Below are positions 51,997 through 62,141 of a stretch of DNA of 64,000 nucleotides, piece by piece. The DNA lies in the NCBI GenBank assembly GCA_965223545.1, contig OZ245006.1, positions 384,001 to 448,000 of the forward strand. The letters run 5' to 3'. The translations under genes were made by a program, and so were the position numbers. The notes beneath the pieces were generated by a model that did no database searches, was not told where the DNA came from, and worked only from the letters and a program-made list of their open reading frames with translations. This DNA is from Planctomycetota bacterium. GTDB lineage: Bacteria; Planctomycetota; UBA1135; UBA2386. The stretch's first letter is position 1. Each line of letters starts with the position of its first letter.

Positions 51997-53339
51997 CGGC
52001 GCCCCCAGCCCGACTGGCCGCCGCTCTCCTTCATGAAGCCCTCGTAGTTGCGCATGATCAACATCGCGTTGAGCTTCTCGACGAGGTCCAGAGCCACGCC
52101 GACCACGATCAGGATCGACGTGCCGCTCATGAAGTAGAGGAACGTCTGGTCCATCCCGGCAAACGAGCCGCTGATGAAGGACGGGAACACCGCGACGACG
52201 GTGAGGAACGCGGCGCCGGCCAGCGTGATGCGCACCATCGTCTGCTCCAGGAACTCGGCGGTGTTCTTACCGGGCCGGATGCCGGGGATGAACGAGCCGT
52301 GCTCCTTGAGGTTGTCGGCCATCTCGTTCGGCTGGAACATCAGTGAGGTCCAGAAGAACGAGAAGAAGAAGATCAGCGCGCCGTAGAGGAACACGTACCA
52401 GAAGCCGCGCCCGGTGCCGAAGGTGTCGCGCAGCCAGTTGATGCTGGTCGCGTCGCCGATCAGCGACGGGATGATCAACAGCGCCGAGGCGAAGATGATC
52501 GGCATCACGCCGGCGTGGTTGACCTTGATCGGCAGGAAGTGGCGCTGGCCACCGTAGACGCGGCGGCCGCGGGTCTGCTTGGCCTGCTGGATCGGAATCC
52601 GGCGCTGCGACTTGGTCATGAACACCACGGCGACCACCGCGGCACCCCACGCCACCACGAACAGCAGCAGCGTCTGGTAGGTGTCGGTGGCCATCGCACC
52701 GGAGTCCGACTGGAACATGGCCAAGAACGCCGGCCACAGCTCGGCGACGATGCCGGCCATGATGATCAGCGAGATGCCGTTGCCGGCACCGTGCTCGGTG
52801 ATCTGCTCACCGAGCCACATGATGAACAGGGTGCCCGCGATCATGCAGATCATCACCACGATCGCGTACAGCCCGAACCACGGCACCACGTCGGCGTGCA
52901 GCATCGAGTCCGCGCTGGCGCGGTCCTTGCCCAACACACCGAAGATCACGAAGAACGACTGCAGGATGCAGATCGGGATCGTCGCCAGGCGCGTGAACTG
53001 GTTGATCTTGCGCTGCCCCGAGGCGCCCTCCTTCGAGAGCTTCTCGAGCGAGGGCAAGACCTTGACCAGCAGCGAGAAGATGATGCTCGCCGAGATGTAG
53101 GGCATCACCCCGAGCGAGAAGATCGATGCCTGCTGCAGCTGGGCACCCGTGAGGATGTTGATGATCCCCGTCAGCCCGCCGCCGGACGTCGCCCCCATGC
53201 GCTCGAGGAACTTGTCGTAGTTGACGCCGGGGATCGGGATCGCGAAGCCGATCCGATAGCAGAACAGCAGCCCCAGCGTGATCAGGAGCTTGTCGCGGAT
53301 CTCCTTGACCCGGACCAGGTTGCCAATCGTCACCGACAT
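51993..53339 (-). CDS. secY: Preprotein translocase SecY
   Basis: LGVMPYISASII, GNGISLII, FIPGIRPG. Confidence 0.98.
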   Translation of the reverse strand: MSVTIGNLVRVKEIRDKLLITLGLLFCYRIGFAIPIPGVNYDKFLERMGATSGGGLTGIINILTGAQLQQASIFSLGVMPYISASIIFSLLVKVLPSLEKLSKEGASGQRKINQFTRLATIPICILQSFFVIFGVLGKDRASADSMLHADVVPWFGLYAIVVMICMIAGTLFIMWLGEQITEHGAGNGISLIIMAGIVAELWPAFLAMFQSDSGAMATDTYQTLLLFVVAWGAAVVAVVFMTKSQRRIPIQQAKQTRGRRVYGGQRHFLPIKVNHAGVMPIIFASALLIIPSLIGDATSINWLRDTFGTGRGFWYVFLYGALIFFFSFFWTSLMFQPNEMADNLKEHGSFIPGIRPGKNTAEFLEQTMVRITLAGAAFLTVVAVFPSFISGSFAGMDQTFLYFMSGTSILIVVGVALDLVEKLNAMLIMRNYEGFMKESGGQSGWGRR

Positions 53340-53372
53340 CGTTGCGTCCTCGGACTACGCGAAAACAAGCCG

Positions 53373-53879
53373 TCAGGCCTCCGGTGCGGGCTGTCCCTTC
53401 TTCTGGAACTTGGGGCGGTGCACGACGCGCGGACGCATCTCCACCGCGCCCCCCGCGGCCTCGATCTTCTGCTTGGCAGAAGCGGTGATCGCGTCCACCA
53501 CCACGGTCACTTTGACCGTGACCTCGCCGTCGCCGAGCACCTTGAACAGGTCGCTGTGCTTGGCCTTGGAGGCCAAACCAGCGTCGAGAACGGCGGCCAG
53601 GTCGACGCGCGTGCCGGCCTCGAAACCGTTCAGGTCGGACACGTTGATCGTGGTGTAGAACTTGCGGAAGTTCTTGTTGTTGAAGCCGCGCTTGGGAATG
53701 CGGCGAAACAGCGGCATCTGGCCGCCTTCCCAGGCGATGCGACGCGACCAGCCCGAGCGCGCCCGCGCGCCCTTGTGGCCGCGGCCCGCGGTCTTGCCGT
53801 TTCCCGAACCGGTGCCGCGGCCAACGCGGTGCGGATTGGGGTTCTTGATGCCCTTGGACTTGGCTTCGCTGAGGTTCAT
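53373..53879 (-). CDS. rplO: 50S ribosomal protein L15
   Basis: GRGTGSGNGKTAGRGHKG, EGGQMPL. Confidence 0.97.
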   Translation of the reverse strand: MNLSEAKSKGIKNPNPHRVGRGTGSGNGKTAGRGHKGARARSGWSRRIAWEGGQMPLFRRIPKRGFNNKNFRKFYTTINVSDLNGFEAGTRVDLAAVLDAGLASKAKHSDLFKVLGDGEVTVKVTVVVDAITASAKQKIEAAGGAVEMRPRVVHRPKFQKKGQPAPEA

Positions 53880-54388
53880 TCGACCTTGACTCCTCGGAGC
53901 TCCTCGACCTGACTGCGGTCGCGCAGTCGGGACAGGGCGTCCATCGTGGCCTTGACGACGTTGAGCGAGTTCGACGAGCCGTAGTTCTTGGTCAGGATGT
54001 CGGTGATGCCCGCCAGCTCGACCACCTTGCGCACCGCCTTGCCGGCGATGATGCCGGTGCCCGGCGAGGCTGGAATCAACCGCACCCGCGACGAGCAAAA
54101 GCGCCCCTCGACGAAGTGCGGGATGCTGCTGCCGTCGCGCAGCACGCGCATCAGCCGCTTGCGACCGTCCTTGACCGCCTTCTCGACGGCGCTCGGCACT
54201 TCCTTGGCCTTGCCATAGCCGATGCCGACGCACCCGTCGCGGTTGCCGACCACGGCCAGCGCGCTGAACGAGAACCGGCGGCCGCCCTTCACCACTGCCG
54301 CCGAGCGGTTGATGTTGATGACGTCGTCCTCGACCTCGATGGCCAAGGCCTCGTCGATCGGCATCGTGGGATACTTCTTCTTCACCAT
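53876..54388 (-). CDS. rpsE: 30S ribosomal protein S5
   Basis: VKGGRRFSFSAL, PGTGIIAG. Confidence 0.98.
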   Translation of the reverse strand: MVKKKYPTMPIDEALAIEVEDDVININRSAAVVKGGRRFSFSALAVVGNRDGCVGIGYGKAKEVPSAVEKAVKDGRKRLMRVLRDGSSIPHFVEGRFCSSRVRLIPASPGTGIIAGKAVRKVVELAGITDILTKNYGSSNSLNVVKATMDALSRLRDRSQVEELRGVKVE

Positions 54389-54399
54389 GGCGCGGCTCT

Positions 54400-54774
54400 C
54401 TAAAACTCCAAACCACCGGCGCGGGCGGCGTCGGCCAGCGCTTTGACGCGTCCGTGGAACTGATACCAGCCCCGGTCGAACTTGACCTTGGTCACTCCCG
54501 CGGCCTTGGCGCGCTCCGCCATCGCGGTGCCGACCGCGGCGGCGACATCCGCCTTCTTCTTGCCGGAGAGCTCACCGCGCAGCTGCTTGTCGCGTGAGGA
54601 CGCCGACGCCAGGGTGCGACCCGCCTCGTCGTCGATCAGCTGGCAGTAGATGTTCTTCGCACTGCGATAGACCGACAGCCGAGGCCGGTCGCTGACCGAC
54701 GCCAGCTTGCCCCGCGTGCTCTTGGCGACGCGGGTGCGCTTGATCGTCTTGCGGTTCTTCCGATTGCGATTCAC
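54400..54774 (-). CDS. rplR: 50S ribosomal protein L18
   Basis: [21 protein letters not shown]. Confidence 0.97.
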   Translation of the reverse strand: MNRNRKNRKTIKRTRVAKSTRGKLASVSDRPRLSVYRSAKNIYCQLIDDEAGRTLASASSRDKQLRGELSGKKKADVAAAVGTAMAERAKAAGVTKVKFDRGWYQFHGRVKALADAARAGGLEF

Positions 54775-54784
54775 GGCTTTACCT

Positions 54785-55336
54785 CTACGCGTTGCCAAAC
54801 GCCTTGCCGGCCTTGCGGCGGATGATCTCGTCGTCGTATTTGATGCCCTTGCCCTTGTAGGGCTCGGGCGGACGCAGGCGGCGGACGTTGGCGGCGAACT
54901 CACCGACCATCTGCTTGTCACAGCCCTCGACCACGATCGTGGTCTGGCTGGGGCAGGTGACGTTGAGTCCAGTGGGAACCTTGCGGCGCACCGGGTGCGA
55001 GAAGCCCAGGGTCAGCACCAAGTCGGCGCCTTCGATCTTGGCGTTGTAGCCGACGCCGTTGATCTCCAGCTTCTTGGCATAACCATCGGTCACGCCGACC
55101 ACCATGTTCTGCACCAGCGCGCGGGTCATGCCGTGGTAGGCGCGAGCCGACGCGTCGCGGACGCTCTTGGCCCGCGACTGCACCCGCAGCACACCGTCCT
55201 CGACCTCGACCCCGACCTCCGGGCGCAGCGTCATCGCGAGCTCACCCTTGGGGCCCTTGACCTTCAGCTGGTCGTCGGCGTGCGTCACCTTGACGGCCGC
55301 CGGGATGACCACGGGCTTTCTACCAATGCGCGACAT
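54785..55336 (-). CDS. rplF: 50S ribosomal protein L6
   Basis: [17 protein letters not shown]. Confidence 0.98.
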   Translation of the reverse strand: MSRIGRKPVVIPAAVKVTHADDQLKVKGPKGELAMTLRPEVGVEVEDGVLRVQSRAKSVRDASARAYHGMTRALVQNMVVGVTDGYAKKLEINGVGYNAKIEGADLVLTLGFSHPVRRKVPTGLNVTCPSQTTIVVEGCDKQMVGEFAANVRRLRPPEPYKGKGIKYDDEIIRRKAGKAFGNA

Positions 55337-55351
55337 CTGTTCTGTCCTCGT

Positions 55352-55747
55352 TCACTCGACGGTGCAGAGCACCTCGCCACCGACCTTCTTCTGCCGGCAC
55401 TCGCGGTCCGACAGCACTCCCTGACTCGTCGAGACCACCGAGATGCCGAGACCACCGCGCACCTGCGGTAGGTCCGCCACCGAGCGGAAGCGCCGGCAGC
55501 CGGGCCGGCTGAACCGGCGGATGCCGGTCACCACTTGCTCGCCCTCGGGGCCGTATTTGAGCGCGATGTCGATCACGCTGCGCGGGCCGTCGCTCTGCAC
55601 GTCATAGCCGTGGATGTAGCCCTCGCGCTTCATCACCTCGAGGATCGAGACCTTGAGCCGGCTGCCCGGAACGGTGCAGCGTTCGGCGCGGTTGCGCAGG
55701 GCGTTGCGCATCCGGGTCAGCAGATCGGCAATCGGATCAGTCATCAT
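55352..55747 (-). CDS. rpsH: 30S ribosomal protein S8
   Basis: [19 protein letters not shown]. Confidence 0.98.
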   Translation of the reverse strand: MMTDPIADLLTRMRNALRNRAERCTVPGSRLKVSILEVMKREGYIHGYDVQSDGPRSVIDIALKYGPEGEQVVTGIRRFSRPGCRRFRSVADLPQVRGGLGISVVSTSQGVLSDRECRQKKVGGEVLCTVE

Positions 55748-55759
55748 GGCGTCGGTTCC

Positions 55760-55945
55760 TCACCAAGAAGCCTTGCGCACGCCCGGGATCTCACCGCGCA
55801 GCGACAGGTTGCGGAAGCAAACGCGGCAGATGCCGAACTTGCGATAGTAGGCCCGCGCCCGGCCACACAGCTGGCAGCGGTTGTAGGCGCGCGTCGAAAA
55901 CTTCGGCTTGCGGCTCTGCTTGACTTTCAAACACGTCTTAGCCAT
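55760..55945 (-). CDS. rpsN: 30S ribosomal protein S14 (zinc-binding type Z)
   Basis: [27 protein letters not shown]. Confidence 0.97.
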   Translation of the reverse strand: MAKTCLKVKQSRKPKFSTRAYNRCQLCGRARAYYRKFGICRVCFRNLSLRGEIPGVRKASW

Positions 55946-55956
55946 CGGTGGTCTCT

Positions 55957-56520
55957 CTACTTGCGGAACGGTAGGCCGAGCTTCTGCAGCAAGGCGAACC
56001 CCTCCTCGTCGGTGCGTGCCGAAGTGACAAAGGTGATGTGCATGCCCTGCACGAACTCGATCTTGTCGAGGTTGATCTCGGGGAACACGCTCTGCTCCGA
56101 CAACCCCATGGTGTAGTTGCCGCGGCCGTCGAGCTTGGTGCCCAGCCCGCGGAAGTCGCGGATACGCGGAATGGCGACTGCCACCAGCCGGTCCATGAAC
56201 TCCCACATCCGGGCACCGCGCAGCGTGACCGAGCAGCCGATCGCGTAGCCCGCCCGCACCTTGAAGCCGGCGACCGAGATGCGCGCCTTGTTCTGCACCG
56301 GCTTCTGGCCGGCAATCGTGCCGAGGTCGCGGGCGGCGTGCTCGAGGCGTGCCTTGTTCTCGGTGGCCTTGCCGAGGCCCATCGCGATCACGATCTTCTT
56401 CAGCCCCGGCACCATCATCGGGTTCGGATAGCCGAACTGCTCGCGCAGCGCCGCGCGAACCTCGCCGTCGTACTTGGCCCGCAGGCGCGGGACGACCTTC
56501 TCTGGCGTGGCAGTGGTCAT
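55957..56520 (-). CDS. rplE: 50S ribosomal protein L5
   Basis: [20 protein letters not shown]. Confidence 0.98.
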   Translation of the reverse strand: MTTATPEKVVPRLRAKYDGEVRAALREQFGYPNPMMVPGLKKIVIAMGLGKATENKARLEHAARDLGTIAGQKPVQNKARISVAGFKVRAGYAIGCSVTLRGARMWEFMDRLVAVAIPRIRDFRGLGTKLDGRGNYTMGLSEQSVFPEINLDKIEFVQGMHITFVTSARTDEEGFALLQKLGLPFRK

Positions 56521-56530
56521 CGATTCATCC

Positions 56531-56857
56531 TCAGTCAAAGCGCGTCCCGCACTTCACTCCGACGCGCACGCGCTTGCCGTCGACGAGCTCGATCCGTGTC
56601 CGCACCCCACGGCCTTCCTTCTCGCTGAACAACAGCACGTTGCTCGCGTCGATCGGAAACTCCTTGCGCACGCGCCCGCCCTGCGGGTTCTGCTGCGAGC
56701 GCTTGAGGTGCTTGGTGCGCATGTTGACGTCCTGCACCACGACCCGACCGCTCTCGACATCGACCGAGAGCACCTCGTGTGGCTTGGCGGACTTGTCCGC
56801 GCCCGAGATGACGACCACGCGGTCGCCCTTCTTGACGTGCAGTGTTCGGGATCCCAT
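56531..56857 (-). CDS. rplX: 50S ribosomal protein L24
   Basis: KKGDRVVVISG, PIDASNV. Confidence 0.96.
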   Translation of the reverse strand: MGSRTLHVKKGDRVVVISGADKSAKPHEVLSVDVESGRVVVQDVNMRTKHLKRSQQNPQGGRVRKEFPIDASNVLLFSEKEGRGVRTRIELVDGKRVRVGVKCGTRFD

Positions 56858-57225
56858 CAGACGACCTCCTCCGCCAGGGAGACGATCTTCATGAAGTTCT
56901 TCTCACGCAGCTCGCGCGCCACCGCACCGAAGATGCGGGTGCCGCGCGGGTTGCCATCGTTGTCGATGATGACGACCGCGTTGCGGTCGAACCGGATGTA
57001 GCTGCCGTCGGGCCGCCGCACGCTCTGCGCGGTGCGCACCACGACGCCCTTGACGACCTGGCCGGTCTTGACCTCGCCATTGGGCAACGCCTTCTTCACC
57101 GAGGCCACCACGACGTCTCCCAACGAGGCGTAACGCCGCCGCGAACCGCCCAGCACCTTGATGCACTGGGCTTGCTTCGCGCCGCTGTTGTCGGCCACGT
57201 CGAGCATGGTCTGCTCTTGGATCAT
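56857..57225 (-). CDS. rplN: 50S ribosomal protein L14
   Basis: [16 protein letters not shown]. Confidence 0.98.
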   Translation of the reverse strand: MIQEQTMLDVADNSGAKQAQCIKVLGGSRRRYASLGDVVVASVKKALPNGEVKTGQVVKGVVVRTAQSVRRPDGSYIRFDRNAVVIIDNDGNPRGTRIFGAVARELREKNFMKIVSLAEEVV

Positions 57226-57293
57226 TGTGCGTTTCTCCGTCCTGCGCTCATCGGTTCAAACGGCTCTCACCGGTGTCCTGTGCCAACGTCGCC

Positions 57294-57563
57294 TCAGCGC
57301 ACTGCCTTGCGCACGACGCGCACCAGACGCCAGCGCTTGAGCTTCGACAACGGCCGCGTCTGCACGACCTCGACCACGTCGCCGATGCCCGCCTCGTTGT
57401 TCTCGTCGTGCGCGTGCAAGCGCGTCCGCCGGCGCACGAACTTCTCGTACATCGGGTGGCGCACCAGACGCTCGACCGACACCGAGATCGACTTGTCCAT
57501 CTTGTCGGACGTGACGACCCCGGTCTGTGTCTTGCGCGACTTGCGCGGCGTGGGCTCACTCAT
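57294..57563 (-). CDS. rpsQ: 30S ribosomal protein S17
   Basis: [22 protein letters not shown]. Confidence 0.97.
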   Translation of the reverse strand: MSEPTPRKSRKTQTGVVTSDKMDKSISVSVERLVRHPMYEKFVRRRTRLHAHDENNEAGIGDVVEVVQTRPLSKLKRWRLVRVVRKAVR

Positions 57564-57777
57564 CGGTCTGTTCCTGCTTGGCCGCGTCGGCGATCTCCCG
57601 CTCACGCAGCACGGTATGAATCCTGGCGATGGTCTTGCGGATCTCGGCGAACCGCGACGTCTTGGCGATCTCCTCGGCGGCCGCGCGGAAGCGCAGCTGA
57701 AACTGCTCCTTGCGCAGCTCCGCCAGGTCGAGCCTCAATTCGCGCGAATCCTTGCCCCGCATCTCCGCGAGCTTCAT
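57556..57777 (-). CDS. rpmC: 50S ribosomal protein L29
   Basis: [15 protein letters not shown]. Confidence 0.95.
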   Translation of the reverse strand: MKLAEMRGKDSRELRLDLAELRKEQFQLRFRAAAEEIAKTSRFAEIRKTIARIHTVLREREIADAAKQEQTDE

Positions 57778-58187
57778 CAGACCGGCCTCCGCGTGATCAT
57801 GCGCACCTTCACCGGCATCTTGTGCGCGATGCGGTTGAAGGCCTTGCGCGCCTGGTCGACAGTGCAGCCGCCGAGCTCGTAGAGCACGGTCCCCGGCCGC
57901 ACGACCGCGGTCCAGTAGTCGACGTCGCCCTTGCCGGTGCCCTGCCGGGTCTCGGCCGGCTTCGACGAGACCGACTTGTGCGGGAAGATGCGGATGTAGA
58001 CCTTGGCCTCCGGCGCCGCCCGCGACGCGGCGATACGGCCGGCCTCGATCGTCCGCGACGGGATCCAACCCGGCTCGATCGACTGCAGCCCGTACTCACC
58101 GAACGCGACCGTGTTGCCGCGCGACGCGACGCCGCGGATTCGGCCGCGCATCGACTTGCGGAACTTGGTTCGCTTGGGCATCAACAT
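57777..58187 (-). CDS. rplP: 50S ribosomal protein L16
   Basis: MLMPKRTKFRK, IRIFPHK. Confidence 0.98.
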   Translation of the reverse strand: MLMPKRTKFRKSMRGRIRGVASRGNTVAFGEYGLQSIEPGWIPSRTIEAGRIAASRAAPEAKVYIRIFPHKSVSSKPAETRQGTGKGDVDYWTAVVRPGTVLYELGGCTVDQARKAFNRIAHKMPVKVRMITRRPV

Positions 58188-58225
58188 GGTGGTTCTCCGT
58201 CGTTACCTGTGCGGTCCATCCGCTC

Positions 58226-58909
58226 TCAGATCGCTCGCTCCGCCGCCGGGCGCACCGGCAACAGGCCGCGCGTGGTCTCGCCAGGGCCGTACTCGCCCTT
58301 GAAGATCCACACCTTGACGCCGATCGTGCCGTAGTTCGTCTTCGCCACGCAGGTGCCGTACTCGAGCTGTGCGCGCAGCGTCGTGCACGGGATGCGGCCC
58401 CGCCGAATCTCGCCGACGCGCGCCATCTCGGCGCCCTGCAGTCGGCCGGCGACCAGGATCTTGATCCCCTTCGCACCGGCGGCCATCGAGGTCTCCGCCG
58501 CTTTCTTCAGCGCGCGGCGGTAGTTCATGCGCTTGCCGAGCTGCTCCGCGAGCGACTCGGCCACCAAGTTCGGCTCGAGCTCGGGCCGGTGGATCTCGAT
58601 GATCTTCATCCGCACCGGCTTCTTGGTCAGCTTCTCGAGGTCCTCGCGGAAGCGGTCGACCTTGGCGCCCTTCTTGCCGATCAGGATGCCCGGCCGCGCG
58701 GTGTGCAAGAACACCGTGACGATGTCACCGGCGCGCTCGATCTCGACCTTCGGGATCGCGGCGAACGCCCAGTTGTCACGGATGTACTTGCGGATCTTCT
58801 GATCCTCGACCAGCAGCTTGGAAAAGTCCTTCGACGACGCGTACCAACGCGAGCGCCAGGGCTCGGTGATGGCGATGCGGAATCCGGTCGGGTGTGTCTT
58901 TTGCCCCAT
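58226..58909 (-). CDS. rpsC: 30S ribosomal protein S3
   Basis: MGQKTHPTGFR, GRLQGAEMAR, GVKVWI. Confidence 0.98.
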   Translation of the reverse strand: MGQKTHPTGFRIAITEPWRSRWYASSKDFSKLLVEDQKIRKYIRDNWAFAAIPKVEIERAGDIVTVFLHTARPGILIGKKGAKVDRFREDLEKLTKKPVRMKIIEIHRPELEPNLVAESLAEQLGKRMNYRRALKKAAETSMAAGAKGIKILVAGRLQGAEMARVGEIRRGRIPCTTLRAQLEYGTCVAKTNYGTIGVKVWIFKGEYGPGETTRGLLPVRPAAERAI

Positions 58910-58912
58910 GGC

Positions 58913-59335
58913 TCACTCTTCTCCGCTTTGGGCCGCGGTCTCCTCGACCGCCTGCTCGACATCCTCGACCACCAGTGCTGGGTCGGTGAGGTGCACGTGG
59001 ATGTGGCAGGTCCGACGGCGGAACGGCATCGCCCGCCCCATCGGCCCCGGCCGGAAACGCATGCGGCCCTGCAACAGCGGCCCGCAGTTGACATAGGCGC
59101 GCGCCACCGTCAGGCGGCTCGCCTTGACCTCGGGGTTCTGCAGCGCGTTGGCGACCGCCGAGGCCACCACCTTGCGCACCATGGGCGACGCCCGGTGCTT
59201 GTCGTTGCGCAGCAGGTCCAACGCCTGGTTCGCGGTGCGCCCGCGGATCATGTCGACCACCAACCGCGCCTTGCGCGACGCGATGCGCGCGTGCCGGTGC
59301 GAGGCCGAGAACTCGATCGTGTTGCCGTGCGTCAT
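58913..59335 (-). CDS. rplV: 50S ribosomal protein L22
   Basis: SRKARLVVDMIRG, SAVANA, RTCHIHV. Confidence 0.97.
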   Translation of the reverse strand: MTHGNTIEFSASHRHARIASRKARLVVDMIRGRTANQALDLLRNDKHRASPMVRKVVASAVANALQNPEVKASRLTVARAYVNCGPLLQGRMRFRPGPMGRAMPFRRRTCHIHVHLTDPALVVEDVEQAVEETAAQSGEE

Positions 59336-59346
59336 CGCCCTCAGCC

Positions 59347-59613
59347 TCACCGCTTCTTGTCCGCGTGGCCGCGGAAGGTCCGCGTCGGCGCGAACTCACC
59401 CAGCTTGTGGCCGACCATGTCCTCGGTGACGTAGCACTTCAGAAAGGTCCGGCCGTTGTGAACCATCAGCGTGTGGCCGACGAACTCCGGCGAAATGGTG
59501 CAAGCGCGCGCCCACGTCTTGATCGGCTCGCGCTTGTTCTGGGCGTTCTGTCGCTCGATCTTCTGCATCAGCTTCTGATCGATGTAGGGGCCCTTCTTGA
59601 CACTGCGACTCAC
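59347..59613 (-). CDS. rpsS: 30S ribosomal protein S19
   Basis: [20 protein letters not shown]. Confidence 0.98.
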   Translation of the reverse strand: MSRSVKKGPYIDQKLMQKIERQNAQNKREPIKTWARACTISPEFVGHTLMVHNGRTFLKCYVTEDMVGHKLGEFAPTRTFRGHADKKR

Positions 59614-59626
59614 GGCTGCACCTCAC

Positions 59627-60475
59627 TCACTTCTGCCGGCTGTGCTTGCCCGGCTTGCGACGACGGAGAATGAACTTGGTCGACTGCGCCTTGCGGCGCC
59701 GGGTCTTGCCGCCCTTGGTCGGCTTGCCCCAAGGCGTGACGGGATGACGGCCACCACCGGTGCGCCCCTCGCCGCCACCCATCGGGTGCGCGACCGGGTT
59801 CATCGAGGTGCCGCGGTTGTGCGGCCGCCGGCCCTTGTGGCGCATGCGGCCCGCCTTGCCCCAGCGCACGCGGTGGTAGTCGACGTTGCCGATCTGGCCG
59901 ATCGTCGCGCGGCACTGCACGTGGATCTTGCGGGTCTCGCCCGAGGGCAGGATCACCACCGCGTAGTCGCCCTCGCGGGCGGCGAGCTGGCACACCGCGC
60001 CGGCGGCGCGCGCCAATTGACCGCCGCGGCCGGGCTGTAGCTCGATGTTGTGGATCTCGAGACCGACCGGGATGCTGGCCAACGGCATCGCGTTGCCGAC
60101 GTCCGGCTCGACCTTCTCGCCCGACACCACCATCTGCCCCGGCGTCAGCCCCTTGGGCGCGAGGATGTAGCGCTTCTCGCCGTCGAGGTAGTGCAGCAGC
60201 GCGATGTCGGCGTTGCGGTTGGGATCGTACTCGATCGCCGCGACCTTGGCCGGCACGCCGTCCTTGTTGCGCTTGAAGTCGACGATGCGATACAGCCGCC
60301 GGCTGCCACCACCGCGGAAGCGGGAGGTGATGTGGCCGTGGTTGTTGCGCCCGGCGTGGTTCTTCAGGCGTTCGACGAGGGACTTCTCCGGCCGCTTCTT
60401 GGTCAGATGCGAGAAGTCCAACACCGACGACTTGCGCCGGCCGGGAGAGGTTGGCTTGTAGACCTTGATGGGCAT
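59627..60475 (-). CDS. rplB: 50S ribosomal protein L2
   Basis: [19 protein letters not shown]. Confidence 0.99.
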   Translation of the reverse strand: MPIKVYKPTSPGRRKSSVLDFSHLTKKRPEKSLVERLKNHAGRNNHGHITSRFRGGGSRRLYRIVDFKRNKDGVPAKVAAIEYDPNRNADIALLHYLDGEKRYILAPKGLTPGQMVVSGEKVEPDVGNAMPLASIPVGLEIHNIELQPGRGGQLARAAGAVCQLAAREGDYAVVILPSGETRKIHVQCRATIGQIGNVDYHRVRWGKAGRMRHKGRRPHNRGTSMNPVAHPMGGGEGRTGGGRHPVTPWGKPTKGGKTRRRKAQSTKFILRRRKPGKHSRQK

Positions 60476-60485
60476 CGTCGGCTCC

Positions 60486-60776
60486 TCACACGATCTCGAT
60501 GCTCTCGCCCTGCCGCAGCGTCACCAGCGCCTTCTTCCACGGCGAGGTACGTCCCGGCCGCCCGAGGAAGCGACGAAACTTACCGGGCATGTTGATGATG
60601 CGGACCCCCTCGACGCGCACCTCGAACAGCGTCTCGACCGCCTTGCGGATCTCGCGCTTGTTGGTGCCGCTGTCGACCTCGAACGTGTAGACGTTGCGCA
60701 GGTCTTGCAGGACCGTCGACTTCTCGGTGACGCGCGGTCGCCGGAGAACATCGTAGTAGAGCGAAGCGTTCGCCAT
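60486..60776 (-). CDS. rplW: 50S ribosomal protein L23
   Basis: [15 protein letters not shown]. Confidence 0.97.
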   Translation of the reverse strand: MANASLYYDVLRRPRVTEKSTVLQDLRNVYTFEVDSGTNKREIRKAVETLFEVRVEGVRIINMPGKFRRFLGRPGRTSPWKKALVTLRQGESIEIV

Positions 60777-60779
60777 GGA

Positions 60780-61457
60780 TCAGCTCTCCCCTCCGGCCGG
60801 CGCCGCCACTTCTGCTGGCTCGCCTTCTGCTGGCACGCCTGCCGCCAGCTGGGCAGTCAGCGCATCCATCGCCGCCGGGGTCAGCACCATGTGCCGCCGC
60901 AGCAAGACCTGGTGCGCATTGAGATCGCTCACCGGGCACACGTCGGCGTAGGGCACGTTGCGCAGCGACAAGTAGAGGTTGCGGTCGACGCCGTCGGTGA
61001 CCACCAGCACGCTGCGCGCCATCTCCAGCGCGTTCAGGACCGCCATCGCCGCCTTGGTGCTGGGCGCCTCGGCCGGCCAACCGTCCGCGATCGCCACCTC
61101 GCCATCGCGGAACTTGCTCAGCAGGGCGCTGCGCAGCGCGGCGCGGCGCGCCTTCTTCGGCATCTGGTAGGAGTAGTCGCGCGGCCGCGGACCGAAGGCC
61201 ACGCCACCGCCGCGCCAGTGCGGCGCCTTCTTGGTGCCCATCCGCGCGCGGCCCGTGTGCTTCTGCCGCCACATCTTGCGGTTGGGGCCGGCGACTTCGG
61301 AGCGCGTCTTGGTCTTGGCCGTGCCGGCGCGCCGGTTGGCCTCGTACATCACCACCGCGTCCTTCAGGGTGCGGTGGAGCACGCGCTCACCGAGGGCCGC
61401 CGCGTCGACATCGCGGGTACCCAGCGAACCACCGGAAAAGACTTTTACCTCGACCAT
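60780..61457 (-). CDS. rplD: 50S ribosomal protein L4
   Basis: RQKHTGRARMG, GGGVAFGPRPRDY; GGAGGAG before ATG at 61457. Confidence 0.98.
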   Translation of the reverse strand: MVEVKVFSGGSLGTRDVDAAALGERVLHRTLKDAVVMYEANRRAGTAKTKTRSEVAGPNRKMWRQKHTGRARMGTKKAPHWRGGGVAFGPRPRDYSYQMPKKARRAALRSALLSKFRDGEVAIADGWPAEAPSTKAAMAVLNALEMARSVLVVTDGVDRNLYLSLRNVPYADVCPVSDLNAHQVLLRRHMVLTPAAMDALTAQLAAGVPAEGEPAEVAAPAGGES

Positions 61458-61619
61458 CGTGATGCTCCTCCAAGCGCTGGGGGTCGCGCACCGTGTCGTC
61501 GGGAGTGGTTCGACGGCGACCCACTCGGGGTCACGCACCGACAAGAAAGCACCGCCTCGGGCGAGCCCGGGCGGCGATCTCGTCTACCGAGCCTCCGTCC
61601 TCCAGCCGATCGAAGGCCC

Positions 61620-61925
61620 TCAGGCCTTGATGCGGATGTCGACGCCGGCCGGCATGTTCAGCTTGCTCAGCGCGTCGACGGTCTTGGAGGTCGGCTCGGA
61701 GATGTAGATGAGCCTCTTGTGCGTACGAATCTCGAACTGCTCTCGACTTTTCTTGTCGATATGCGGCGATCGAAGCACCGTGTAGCGCTCGATCCGGGTC
61801 GGTAGAGGCACTGGCCCCGCCACACGTGCACCGGTCCGCTTGGATGTCTCGACGATGTCCTGAGCGGCTTGATCCAAGGCCTCGTAATCGTAGGCCTCCA
61901 TTCGGATTTGGATCTTCTCGTGCAT
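61620..61925 (-). CDS. rpsJ: 30S ribosomal protein S10
   Basis: [21 protein letters not shown]. Confidence 0.98.
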   Translation of the reverse strand: MHEKIQIRMEAYDYEALDQAAQDIVETSKRTGARVAGPVPLPTRIERYTVLRSPHIDKKSREQFEIRTHKRLIYISEPTSKTVDALSKLNMPAGVDIRIKA

Positions 61926-62141
61926 GTTCAACAGCAGGGCGAGCGAGGTGCCATTACTACCGGTTGCACCCTAACCTCATATCAGCAAGAGGTTTACAAC
62001 GGTTTTGCGGCCCCCTCGGACGTGGGGAAGAAGGATGTTATCGATCCATGACATGGGATCAAGCGTGTGCTGGAGCTTTTTTTGCAAGGACTTGCCGCGA
62101 TTCACCCCTCTCCGCGCGAAGGGGCGGCCCGCGCCGGATCG

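Noticed and set aside
51241..54388. Absence of rpmD, map and infA from the spc/alpha region
   Set aside because: L30 loss and relocation of map/infA are common, so this is not remarkable here.
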